Origin: Halorhodospira halophila SL1
GTDB taxonomy: Bacteria > Pseudomonadota > Gammaproteobacteria > Nitrococcales > Halorhodospiraceae
NCBI RefSeq assembly: GCF_000015585.1
Contig: NC_008789.1
Span: forward strand, 1,560,001 to 1,592,000
Reading direction: 5' to 3'
Length of the DNA: 32,000 nucleotides
How positions within the stretch are numbered: the stretch's first letter is position 1; each line of letters begins with the position of its first letter. The notes beneath the pieces are model-generated. The model was not told where the DNA came from and did not search any database. It saw only the letters and a list, made by a program, of their open reading frames with translations. Positions 8,701-17,582 of this stretch are shown piece after piece. The translations under genes were made by a program, and so were the position numbers.

Positions 8701-9345
8701 GGCGTCGTAGTCTTCCGGACGCATGAAGCGGACATCGTTGGTCGCCACCACCGGTAGATCCTCGTCGGCAGCCAATGCGACGGCGGCGTGCAGGTGGCGC
8801 TCGTCCCCCGGCCGTCCCAGCCGGTGGAGCTCCAGATAGAAGCCGTCCTCGCCGAAAGTCCGGCGGTGTTCCTCGGCGTATCGCCGGGCGGTGGCCTCGT
8901 CACCGCGCAACAGGGCCTGGCCGATATCGCCCTGGGCGCCGCCGGAGAGGGCCAACAGCCCGCCAGCATCCGCCTGCAGCCACTCCCGCCGGATCACCGG
9001 GATGTCGCCGCAGGCGCCCTCGCGATAGGCCCGGCTGAGCAGGCGCGACAGCGCCCGGTAGCCACCGCGATCCCGGCACAGCAGCGTCAGCCGGGCGTAG
9101 CCAAACTCCACGGTGTCGTCCGCCAGCCACACATCGCCACCGATGATCGGCTTGACCCCGGCAGCCAGCGCCGCGCGGTAGAACTTGACCATCCCGAACA
9201 GGTTCGACTGATCGGTGATGGCCACCGCGGGCATACCGGCCTCGCGCGCCGCCGACACCGCCTCGTTGATTCGGACGATGCCGTCGACCAGCGAGAACTC
9301 GCTGTGCAAGCGCAGGTGGACGAAGGGCGGAGGGTCTTCACTCAT
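5794..9345 (-). CDS. dnaE: DNA polymerase III alpha subunit
   Basis: 1183 aa. It has a PHP-domain N-terminus ([16 protein letters not shown]), then [31 protein letters not shown] and [20 protein letters not shown]. Confidence 0.97.
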   Translation of the reverse strand: [1183 protein letters not shown]

Positions 9346-9408
9346 GGTCGCGTCAGGATATCAGGGTGGCGGTCGGGAACGAGTCCGGTGGATCGAGCGC
9401 TGCGGCGC

Positions 9409-9996
9409 TCAGCCACCGAGCAGCCGGCGTACCGGTGCAAAACTGCGCCGGTGCATCGGGCACGGACCGAGCTCCTCAAGGGCCCGACGATGTTCGGCCG
9501 TGCCGTACCCTTTGTGCCGCCCAAAACCGTACCCCGGGTAGGCTTCGTCAAGCAGCACCATCTCGGCGTCACGCAGGGTCTTGGCCAGGATCGAGGCTGC
9601 GGAGATGGCCGGCTCCAGCGCATCCCCACCCACTACGGGTCGCGCCGGGGCGGGCAGATCGTCCGGGATCTCTCGACCATCCACCAGCACCTCGGCGATC
9701 GGGCTGGTCTCGGCCACCACGGCCACCGCCCGGGCCATGGCCAGGAAGGTGGCACGACGAATATTCAAGGCATCGATCTCGGTAACATCGGCCCGCCCTA
9801 CCCCCCAGGCCACGGCCTCGCTACGGATCAGCGCTGCAGCGCGCTCGCGGCTCCGCGCGGAAAGCCGTTTGGAGTCGGTAACCCCGGCGATCGGTTCCGC
9901 CAGGACCACCGCCGCGGCAACCACCGGCCCTGCCCAGGGTCCGCGTCCGGCCTCGTCAACGCCCACCACCCCCCATGCACCGCGCGAGGGGGTCAC
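9409..9996 (-). CDS. rnhB: Ribonuclease HII
   Basis: 195 aa with [22 protein letters not shown] and DSKRLS motifs. GTG start overlaps the lpxB stop (GTGA at 9993-9996). Confidence 0.9.
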   Translation of the reverse strand: MTPSRGAWGVVGVDEAGRGPWAGPVVAAAVVLAEPIAGVTDSKRLSARSRERAAALIRSEAVAWGVGRADVTEIDALNIRRATFLAMARAVAVVAETSPIAEVLVDGREIPDDLPAPARPVVGGDALEPAISAASILAKTLRDAEMVLLDEAYPGYGFGRHKGYGTAEHRRALEELGPCPMHRRSFAPVRRLLGG

Positions 9997-11132
9997 TGCA
10001 GCACCTCGAGAACCGCCTCCGCCGCCCGCGCATCGGCGCCCCGGGCCAGCGTCTCGTGGAGGTGGCGAAAACGGCCCACCAGCTGCAGGCGGGCGGGGGC
10101 GTCGTCGAGCCAGTACGCCGCTGCCTCAGCAAGGATCTGCGGATCGACGTCAGACTGGAAGTACTCCGGCACCAGCGGTTCGCCCGCCAGCAGATTGGGC
10201 TGCGACACCCAGGGCACGCGGATCAGGCGGCGAATGATCTGGTAGCTCAGCGGCGACAGACGATAGGCCACCACCATGGGCCGTTTGGCCAGCATGACCT
10301 CCAGGGTTGCCGTCCCCGAGGCGGTCAATGCCACATCCGCCGCCGTGACCGCCGTGGCTGTATCGCCTTCGAGTAGACGGGTCCGCAGGCGGATATCGTG
10401 ACGGGCCACCGCTGCCTCGATCCGCTCGCGCAACCGCGGTGCAGCGACGGGGATGACGAAATCCGGCGCATCCGGCCGTTGCGCCAGCAGCGCCGCGGCG
10501 CCCAGGAAGGGCTCCAGCAGGCGATCGATCTCGCTGCTCCGGCTGCCGGGGAGCAACGCCACCACCGTGGCGTCCTCGGCCAGGCCCAGCGTCCGGCGCG
10601 CTGCCCCGGTATCGGGCTGCATCGGGTAGCGGTCGGCGGCCGGATGGCCGACACACACGGCATCCACGCCGCTTTCGGCGTAGAACTTCTCCTCGAAGGG
10701 GTAAAGGGTCAGCATCCGGTCCACCGACTGCCGGACCCCCTTGACCCGCCCGGGACGCCAGGCCCAGATCGTTGGGCTGACGTAGTGGACGGTGGGGATG
10801 CCGGCGGCGCGCAAGCGCCGCTCCAGACCCAGATTGAAGTCGGGCAGATCGACGCCGATGAAGCAGTCCGGCGGGGCCTCGCGCCACCGCCTGGCGAGAT
10901 CGGCACGCAGCCGCAGCAGCCCCGGCAGATGCCGGACGATCTCGGTCACGCCCATCAGCGAGAGCCGCTCCATGGGGACCAGGGACTCGAGCCCCTCGGC
11001 TGCCATGGCCGGCCCGCCGATGCCCTCGAACTGCACACCGGGCGACCGGCGACGGAGCTCGCGCATCAGCCCGGCGCCGAGGACATCGCCGGAGAGCTCA
11101 CCGGCGAGGATCGCCACCCTGGGACTGGCCAT
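9993..11132 (-). CDS. lpxB: Lipid-A-disaccharide synthase
   Basis: 379 aa. [21 protein letters not shown]... and [14 protein letters not shown] are typical LpxB. The position between lpxA and rnhB is canonical. Confidence 0.93.
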   Translation of the reverse strand: MASPRVAILAGELSGDVLGAGLMRELRRRSPGVQFEGIGGPAMAAEGLESLVPMERLSLMGVTEIVRHLPGLLRLRADLARRWREAPPDCFIGVDLPDFNLGLERRLRAAGIPTVHYVSPTIWAWRPGRVKGVRQSVDRMLTLYPFEEKFYAESGVDAVCVGHPAADRYPMQPDTGAARRTLGLAEDATVVALLPGSRSSEIDRLLEPFLGAAALLAQRPDAPDFVIPVAAPRLRERIEAAVARHDIRLRTRLLEGDTATAVTAADVALTASGTATLEVMLAKRPMVVAYRLSPLSYQIIRRLIRVPWVSQPNLLAGEPLVPEYFQSDVDPQILAEAAAYWLDDAPARLQLVGRFRHLHETLARGADARAAEAVLEVLQ

Positions 11133-11165
11133 GATCAGACCCCCCTACGCCGGCGGATGGTGGCC

Positions 11166-11972
11166 TCAGCGCAACAGGCCGCGCTGACTGTTGTCGATGA
11201 AATCGACCATGCCCTGCACGTCCGCGGAGTGACTGAGCTGCTGACACAACGCCTCGCGGGCGTCGTCAAGCCGAAGACCCTGGCGGTAGATCGTGCGGTA
11301 GGCACGCTTGATATCCCGAATACGCTCCCGCGAGAAGCCGTGCCGACGCAGCCCGACCGAGTTGATGCCGTGGGGGACAGCCATCTGCCCGGAGACCGTG
11401 ACGAACGGCGGCACGTCCCGGTTGATGCCGCTGCCGAACCCGCAGAAGGCGTAGGGGCCGATGCGGCAGAACTGGTGAACCAACGCGAAGCCGCCCAGGG
11501 TTGCGTGATCGCCGACGTCCACGTGTCCAGCCAGCGAGGCGGAGTTGGCGAACAGCAGGTGATTGCCCAGGCGGCAATCGTGGGCGATGTGGCAGTAGGC
11601 CATCAGCCAGTTGTGATCCCCGATCCGGGTCTCGCCCCGCCCCTGAGCGGTACCGCGGTGGCAGGTAACAAACTCGCGGATGGTGTTGCCGTCACCGATC
11701 ACCAGCTCGGTGGGTTCCCCCTGGTACCCCTTGTGCTGGGGGGCCTCACCGAGCGCAGCGAATTGATAGATCCGATTGTCCCGACCGATGCGGGTCGGGC
11801 CCTGAATAACCGCGTGGGGGCCGATCCAGGTCCCCTCGTCGATCTCCACATCCGGACCGATGACGCTGAACGGCCCCACCTCGACCTCTTCACCGAGGCG
11901 AGCCTTGGGATCGACCAGGGCGTTCGGGTGGATTCGCGTCAAACCGTACGCACCGTGCAGCGGATCTCGCAC
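11166..11972 (-). CDS. lpxA: Acyl-ACP--UDP-N-acetylglucosamine O-acyltransferase
   Basis: Hexapeptide-repeat protein that aligns end to end with E. coli LpxA (IGRDNRIYQFAALGE, IAHDC, GGFALVHQFCRIG, GINSVGLRRHGFSRE, STRGLIR-like C-terminus). ATG 11972 overlaps fabZ by 34 nt. An in-frame TTG at 11942 would give a TTGA overlap with the fabZ stop and a more typical N-terminus, so the start is uncertain. Confidence 0.9.
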   Translation of the reverse strand: MRDPLHGAYGLTRIHPNALVDPKARLGEEVEVGPFSVIGPDVEIDEGTWIGPHAVIQGPTRIGRDNRIYQFAALGEAPQHKGYQGEPTELVIGDGNTIREFVTCHRGTAQGRGETRIGDHNWLMAYCHIAHDCRLGNHLLFANSASLAGHVDVGDHATLGGFALVHQFCRIGPYAFCGFGSGINRDVPPFVTVSGQMAVPHGINSVGLRRHGFSRERIRDIKRAYRTIYRQGLRLDDAREALCQQLSHSADVQGMVDFIDNSQRGLLR

Positions 11973-12400
11973 TCGGCAGCCAGCTCACCGTCGACGCTGC
12001 CACGGGCCTCGAAGATCCAGATGCCCCGCGTCACCCGGCGCACCGAGACGTCGTGGCGGAGCTGATCCCCGGGCTGAACCGGGCGCTTGAAGCGCGCCTT
12101 ATCGATCCCCACCAGATAGAGAACGTCGTTGTCGGTCAGCGTATCCTGGACGCTCTTGAACGCGAGCATGCCGCAGGCCTGGGCCAGCGATTCAAGGATC
12201 AGAACGCCGGGCATCACCGGTTTCTGCGGGAAATGGCCGACGAAGAACGGCTCGTTGATGGTGACATTCTTGATGCTGGCCAGATGCTCGTGGGGCTGGA
12301 AATCGAGCACCCGGTCGATCAGCAGCAGCGGATACCGGTGCGGCAGCAGGTTCATGATGCCTTCGATGTCCGTTGCGCCTTGCGCGTCACGCTCGCTCAC
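11939..12400 (-). CDS. fabZ: 3-hydroxyacyl-ACP dehydratase
   Basis: LLPHRYPLLLIDRVLDF, NEPFFVGHFPQKPVMPGVLILESLAQ. The start is re-called to GTG 12400 (153 aa) because GGAGGAG sits 5 nt upstream and the length then matches E. coli FabZ. The track ORF start at 12472 adds a G/R-rich extension with no homology. Confidence 0.9.
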   Translation of the reverse strand: MSERDAQGATDIEGIMNLLPHRYPLLLIDRVLDFQPHEHLASIKNVTINEPFFVGHFPQKPVMPGVLILESLAQACGMLAFKSVQDTLTDNDVLYLVGIDKARFKRPVQPGDQLRHDVSVRRVTRGIWIFEARGSVDGELAAECEIRCTVRTV

Positions 12401-12573
12401 GCTGTCTCCTCCGTCTTCAGATCCGGTCACACCGGGGCGTACCGCCCCTCGCCCTCCGTCCGCCCGACTCACCTGCCGCTCCGGCAGGCTGCCCGCGCCC
12501 GCGGACGGAGCTACAAGCGGCAGAGCTTAACACACCCGGCCCCCGGTTGAGACGCGTCCCCAACGACCCGGCG

Positions 12574-12599
12574 GGGCGGCGGACGGCCGTCGGCCGCCC
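12574..12599 (-). terminator. GC-rich imperfect palindrome 23 nt downstream of the bamA stop; possible transcript-end or stability hairpin
   Basis: GGGCGGCGGACGG|CCGTCGGCCGCCC has 13-nt arms with one mismatch. No U-tract follows on either strand, so it is not a canonical intrinsic terminator. Confidence 0.25.
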
Positions 12600-12621
12600 T
12601 GCGCGCCTTGCCGTGGCAGCC

Positions 12622-14964
12622 CTAGAATTCCGTCCCGAGCGAGAACTGGAAGGTCTCGGTCTCGTCGTCCCCCGTGTCGTTCAGCGGTTCGGCCAGACTG
12701 AAGGTCAGCGGCCCCACCGGCGACATCCAGATCAGCGAGACACCGGCCGCGGCCCGCAGCTCGCTCAGGTCCACCCGATCCAGACCATCCGGAATGATCT
12801 CTCTGTCGAACTCGTACTCATCCAGGCGGGTGTTGAAGACCTGCCCGGCATCGACGAAGGCCGCCATGCGCACCGACTGCGACTCCGGCGTGGGCGGGAA
12901 AATGACCTGCGCCTTGGTGAGTACGCGGGCGTTGCCGCCGATCGGGTCCCTGCCCTCCTCGCGCGGTCCGAGGTAGTTGCCACGGTAGCCGCGCACCGTG
13001 CGCACGCCGCCGGCGTAGTAGTTCTCGAAGAACGGCAGCGAGCTGGAATCGCCGTACCCGTCGCCGTAGGAGACCTGGCCCTCCACGGAGAAGGTGGTGC
13101 GGTCGCCGAGCCAGCGCAGCGGCCAGTAGCGGCGGTTCTCGTAGGTCAGCTTGTAGAACTCCAGATCATCGCCGGGGATCGTCCCCTCCAGGGACAGCCG
13201 CTGCCGGCCGCCGGCGGTGGGAAACACCCCGCGGTCTCGGGTATCCCGGTTCCAGGACAGGCGCGGCTTGACCATGGTGAAACGATCGTCGCCCTGGTCC
13301 GAGAGATACTCCCTGATCCAGTCCGGTGTATCGCTGCGCGTATCGATACCGATGCGCTCCAGGCGCAGCCGCGCCGCCAGTCGATCCACCTCCGTGAACG
13401 GCACGCTGTACTCCACCGAGCCGTGCCCCGAGGTCAGGTCGTAGTCTGCCAGGTCGGCCCGGCGGGAGCGGGTCTCGCGGTAGCCGGCGGACAGGGTCTG
13501 GGAGACGCCCTCTTGGGTGTGGTAGCGGTCCGTATACGAGACGTTGTAGATGGTGGAGACACTGGAGTTGTTCACCGTCATGCTCAGCCGGTCGCCGGTG
13601 CCGAGCAGGTTGTCCTGTGAGACGGAGAAGTTGACCAGCAACCCCTGGACATCGCCGTAACCGACGCCGGCCTGCAGCTGTCCCGTCATCCGTTCCTGGA
13701 CACTGACGTCCACATCCACCCGGTCGTCCTCCCCCGGCACCCGGGGGGTTTCGACGTTGACGAAGTCGAAGAACCCGAGCCGATTGAGCCGCGTCTGCGA
13801 GCGCTCCAGCGCCTCACTGGACAGCGGGGCCCCCTCGAGCTGGCGCATCTCCCGCCGGATGACCTCGTCTTGGGTGCGCTGGTTGCCGGTGATGTTGATC
13901 CGCCGCACATAGACCCGCGCACCGGGATCCACCACATAAGTCAGGTCGACAACCTGCTCCTCCTCGTCCACCCGGGGGCGGACGTTGACATTGCTGAAGG
14001 CGTAGCCCTCCTCGGCCAGCCGGGACCGAATGGCCGAGGAGCCGGCGTTCACGCGACTGCGCGAGTAGAGCTCGCCCGGCTCCAGGGCGATCAGCTCGCG
14101 CAGCTCCTCCGGAGGCACGACCAGATGCCCCTGGACGTCAATACTGCCGATCTCGTACTGCTCGCCCTCGGCGACGTTCACGGCGACGTGGACGTCGCGC
14201 CGATCGGGGCTGATGGAGACCTGGGTGGAGGTGACCGCGAAATTCAGGAACCCGCGGTCCAGATAGTGCCCGCGCAGGCTCTCGAGGTCGTTGGCGAGCA
14301 GATCGCGAGCATAGCGGTGCCGCTGCGACCACGGCGCCCACCAGCGCCGGGCCTGCTGCTCGAACACGCCGCGCAGTTCGCGGTCGGAGTACGCCTCGTT
14401 ACCGGTCAAGTGGATCTCGCGGATCTCGGCGACGGGGCCCTCTTCGATATCGATGCGGATCGCCACCCGGTTGCGCTCGAGCGGGGAGACGGTGCTCTCG
14501 ACGGAGACGTCGTACTTGCCCTGGGCAAAGTACTGCTGACGCAGCTCCCGCTCGATCTCGGCCAGCTGCGCACGGTTGAACACCTGGCCCTCGGCCATAC
14601 CGGCGCTGCGCAGGGCTTCGCGCAGGTCTTCGGTGCGGATCTGCTCATTGCCCTCGAACTGGAGTCGGGCGATCGACGGCCGCTCCTGCACCCGCACCAC
14701 TAGCTCATCGCCGTCCCGAGCCAGCTCGACGTCACGGAAGAAGCCGGAGCGGTAGAGTTCACGGATCGCCCCCGCCACCTCGCCGCTCCCCACGCGGTCA
14801 CCGGGCTCGATGGGCAGGTAGCTGAAGACCGTGCCCTCGTCGATCCGCTCCAGTCCTTCGACCCGGATCTGCTCGGCGACGAAGGAATCCGCCGTGGCCG
14901 TAGCGACCGTAGCCGCGCCGAGCAGCAGCGCGACGACCGTATTGCGCCCCCAGCGTCGGATCAA
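12622..14964 (-). CDS. bamA: Outer membrane protein assembly factor BamA
   Basis: POTRA-repeat N-terminal half (IRVEGLERIDEGTVFSYL...), a beta-barrel C-terminal half and a terminal Phe (LGTEF). The start is re-called to TTG 14964: AAGGGGG lies 4 nt upstream, and the product begins (M)IRRWGRNTVVALLLGAATVATATA/DSF, a classical signal peptide. ATG 15057 would overlap rseP by 23 nt. Confidence 0.92.
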   Translation of the reverse strand: MIRRWGRNTVVALLLGAATVATATADSFVAEQIRVEGLERIDEGTVFSYLPIEPGDRVGSGEVAGAIRELYRSGFFRDVELARDGDELVVRVQERPSIARLQFEGNEQIRTEDLREALRSAGMAEGQVFNRAQLAEIERELRQQYFAQGKYDVSVESTVSPLERNRVAIRIDIEEGPVAEIREIHLTGNEAYSDRELRGVFEQQARRWWAPWSQRHRYARDLLANDLESLRGHYLDRGFLNFAVTSTQVSISPDRRDVHVAVNVAEGEQYEIGSIDVQGHLVVPPEELRELIALEPGELYSRSRVNAGSSAIRSRLAEEGYAFSNVNVRPRVDEEEQVVDLTYVVDPGARVYVRRINITGNQRTQDEVIRREMRQLEGAPLSSEALERSQTRLNRLGFFDFVNVETPRVPGEDDRVDVDVSVQERMTGQLQAGVGYGDVQGLLVNFSVSQDNLLGTGDRLSMTVNNSSVSTIYNVSYTDRYHTQEGVSQTLSAGYRETRSRRADLADYDLTSGHGSVEYSVPFTEVDRLAARLRLERIGIDTRSDTPDWIREYLSDQGDDRFTMVKPRLSWNRDTRDRGVFPTAGGRQRLSLEGTIPGDDLEFYKLTYENRRYWPLRWLGDRTTFSVEGQVSYGDGYGDSSSLPFFENYYAGGVRTVRGYRGNYLGPREEGRDPIGGNARVLTKAQVIFPPTPESQSVRMAAFVDAGQVFNTRLDEYEFDREIIPDGLDRVDLSELRAAAGVSLIWMSPVGPLTFSLAEPLNDTGDDETETFQFSLGTEF

Positions 14965-15034
14965 AGCGCCCCCTTTTCTACCGTGTGCCGCATCGGGCCG
15001 GCTCCGTATCTGCCACGTGTCGTCGCCGCCGGGC

Positions 15035-16402
15035 TTACCCGCCAAGCAAGCGCTCAAAATCGTTGTAAAAGGCCAGCGCCATCAGTCCGAGCAGGATCAC
15101 GATCCCCACCTGCTGCCCGATCAGTTGGGTCCGCTCGGATACCGGCTTGCCGCGGATCGCCTCGGTGAGGAAGTAGAGCAGATGACCACCGTCGAGGATC
15201 GGGATCGGCAACAGGTTGATGATGCCCAGACTGATGCTGATCACCGCCAGGAAGGTGAGGAACGGTACCACACCCATGGAGGCGGTATCCCCAGCGAACT
15301 GGCCGATGGTCACCGGGCCGCCGATGTTCTTCAGCGATGCCTCGCCCATCACCATCCGCGCGAGCACCTTGACCGTCACCACGGTGGTATCCCAGGTGCG
15401 CTCGGCCCCGTAGACCACGCCACCCAGCGGCCCGTAACGGACCTCGCGCTCCATGCGCTCCTGATACCCCTCGGGGATGGCCGGCCCGACACCGAGCATG
15501 CCGACCTCGGCATCGCCCCGCTGCTGCGCCCCCAGGGTGAGCGTCATCTCGCGGACCTCGCCATCCCGCTCGTAGGTCAGGGTTACCTCCTCGTTGGCGC
15601 GCGGCTCGACGCGTTCGACCAGTTCCAGCCACGAGTCGATCGGATCGCCGTCGATGGCGCGGATGCGGTCGCCTTCACGCAACCCCGCCTGACCAGCGGC
15701 ACCGTCCTCAGCCAGGCGACCGACGGTGGCGGGCAGATCGGGCGTGTAGGCACGCAGGCCGATGACCCCGAGGATATCGGTGGTGTCTTTCAGCTTCGGT
15801 TCGGAGCGGAGATCCAGGGTGCGCGAGAATTCATTGCCCGCCTCGTCGCGCACGGTGACCGGGACATCCTCCCGATGGAACCCGGCGTTCATTAGCCCCA
15901 TGGCGACCCGTTGCCAGGTGGGGGTATCGCGGCTGTCGATAGCGACGATCTCCTCGCCGCGCTCGAACCCGGCCATCTCGGCGGGGGTATCCGCGATCGG
16001 CTCATCGACAATCGGCCGCAGCTCGACAATCCCGAGCACTGCCACCAGCCAGTAGGCAACCACCGCAAAGAGGAAGTTGGCTGCCGGCCCCGCGACCACG
16101 ATGGCCGTGCGCTGTCCCAGGGGGCGATTGTTGAAGGCCCGGTGGCGCTCGGCGGGGTCTACTTCGCCCTCGCGCTCGTCGAGCATCTGCACGTAGCCAC
16201 CGAGCGGGATGGCCGATAGGCAGTACTCGATGTGATCGGGGCCGCGCCCACGCCAACTGAGCAACGGCCGACCAAACCCCACCGAGAAGCGGCGCACCCG
16301 TACGTTACACCAGCGGGCCACGAAGAAATGGCCCGCCTCGTGAACGGTCACCAAGATGGCGATGGCGACCAGGAAGGCGATGACGCTCCAGACGATCATC
16401 AT
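15035..16402 (-). CDS. rseP: Site-2 zinc metalloprotease RseP
   Basis: HEAGHFFVARW (HExxH) sits near the N-terminus, followed by PDZ-like middle regions and the C-terminal NLLPIPILDGGHL motif. The start is re-called to ATG 16402 (MMIVWSVIAFLV...), 7 nt after the dxr stop. Confidence 0.93.
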   Translation of the reverse strand: MMIVWSVIAFLVAIAILVTVHEAGHFFVARWCNVRVRRFSVGFGRPLLSWRGRGPDHIEYCLSAIPLGGYVQMLDEREGEVDPAERHRAFNNRPLGQRTAIVVAGPAANFLFAVVAYWLVAVLGIVELRPIVDEPIADTPAEMAGFERGEEIVAIDSRDTPTWQRVAMGLMNAGFHREDVPVTVRDEAGNEFSRTLDLRSEPKLKDTTDILGVIGLRAYTPDLPATVGRLAEDGAAGQAGLREGDRIRAIDGDPIDSWLELVERVEPRANEEVTLTYERDGEVREMTLTLGAQQRGDAEVGMLGVGPAIPEGYQERMEREVRYGPLGGVVYGAERTWDTTVVTVKVLARMVMGEASLKNIGGPVTIGQFAGDTASMGVVPFLTFLAVISISLGIINLLPIPILDGGHLLYFLTEAIRGKPVSERTQLIGQQVGIVILLGLMALAFYNDFERLLGG

Positions 16403-16409
16403 AGTCGAG

Positions 16410-17582
16410 TCAGTCCGCGATGCGCCGCACGGCCTCCTCGGCCACACGGCGGGCCTGCGCATCGATGGCGCGGGCCGAATCCAGATCCTTCGGCGGCGGA
16501 GGGGTCTCCGCTGCCAGGGCGTCCTCGATCACAGGTGCAATGCGGTCGAAACGAAGACGCCCGTCGAGGAAGGCGTCCACCGCAATCTCATTGGCCGCAT
16601 TGAGTACGGCGCACGCGCCGTCGCCGGTACGCAGGGCCTGATAGGCCAGTCGGAGGCAGGGGAAGCGGCGCTCGTCCACTGCTTCGAAGTCGAGGCGCCC
16701 TGCGGCCGCCAGATCCACCAGATCCACACCCGAGGCGATCCGCTCGGGATACCCCATGGCGTAGGAGATCGGCACTCGCATGTCCGGCGACCCGACCTGC
16801 GCCAAATAGGAACCGTCGCGATAGCCCACCAGCGCATGCACCAAGCTCTGTCGATGAATGACCACATCGACGCGCTGAGGTTCCAGGTCAAAGAGATGGC
16901 AGGCCTCGATCACCTCAAGGCCCTTGTTCATCATGGTGGCTGAATCGACGGAGATCTTGCGGCCCATGGACCAGTTCGGATGGGCTACGGCCTCCTCGGG
17001 GGTCACGGCGGCCAGGGTGTCGGGATCCCGATCGCGGAACGGGCCACCGGATGCCGTCAGCACGATGCGCTCCACCCCCGCCGTGGCGTCGGTGCCGGTC
17101 GGCAGCCCCTGGAATACGGCGTTGTGCTCACTGTCCACCGGGACGATCTGCGCCCCATGGCGCTGCGCCGTCTCCATGAACAGGGCACCGGCGACGACCA
17201 GCGTCTCCTTGTTGGCCAGGAGAATCCGCTTGCCGGCCCGGCAGGCCGCCAGGGACGAGGCCAGCCCCGCCGCCCCGACCACGGCCGTGACCACTGCATC
17301 CACGTCGGCGTCCGCCGCCAGCGCGGCCACGCCCTCTTCGCCCGCGGAGACCTCGATGTGCTCCAGGCCTTCGGCCTGAAGCCGATCGCGCAACTGCGCC
17401 GCCGCCTGCTCATCGGCCAGCGCGGCTCGGCTGGGGCGGTGCGCACGGCAGATCCGCAGCAACCCTTCCCAATCGCGCCCTGCAGCCACGGCCCGAACCT
17501 CGAAACGTTCGGGGTGCCTGATTGCCACATCCAGGGTGCTCGTACCAATGGACCCCGTGGCCCCGAGTACTGCCAGCCGCAT
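16410..17582 (-). CDS. dxr: 1-deoxy-D-xylulose-5-phosphate reductoisomerase
   Basis: MRLAVLGATGSIGTSTLDV (NADPH-binding N-terminus), LANKETLV, DSEHNAVFQ, HPNWSMGRKISVDSATMMNKGLEVIEA. ATG 17582 forms an ATGA overlap with the cdsA stop. The track start at 17603 (GTG) adds 7 aa. Confidence 0.95.
   Translation of the reverse strand: MRLAVLGATGSIGTSTLDVAIRHPERFEVRAVAAGRDWEGLLRICRAHRPSRAALADEQAAAQLRDRLQAEGLEHIEVSAGEEGVAALAADADVDAVVTAVVGAAGLASSLAACRAGKRILLANKETLVVAGALFMETAQRHGAQIVPVDSEHNAVFQGLPTGTDATAGVERIVLTASGGPFRDRDPDTLAAVTPEEAVAHPNWSMGRKISVDSATMMNKGLEVIEACHLFDLEPQRVDVVIHRQSLVHALVGYRDGSYLAQVGSPDMRVPISYAMGYPERIASGVDLVDLAAAGRLDFEAVDERRFPCLRLAYQALRTGDGACAVLNAANEIAVDAFLDGRLRFDRIAPVIEDALAAETPPPPKDLDSARAIDAQARRVAEEAVRRIAD

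Noticed and set aside
12401-12621. A small protein-coding gene (for example a truncated skp) or an ncRNA in the bamA-fabZ spacer.
   Set aside because: The minus strand has no ORF with a start and SD of meaningful length. The plus-strand ORFs crossing the spacer are shadow frames of fabZ and bamA. I cannot support an ncRNA call from hairpins alone.
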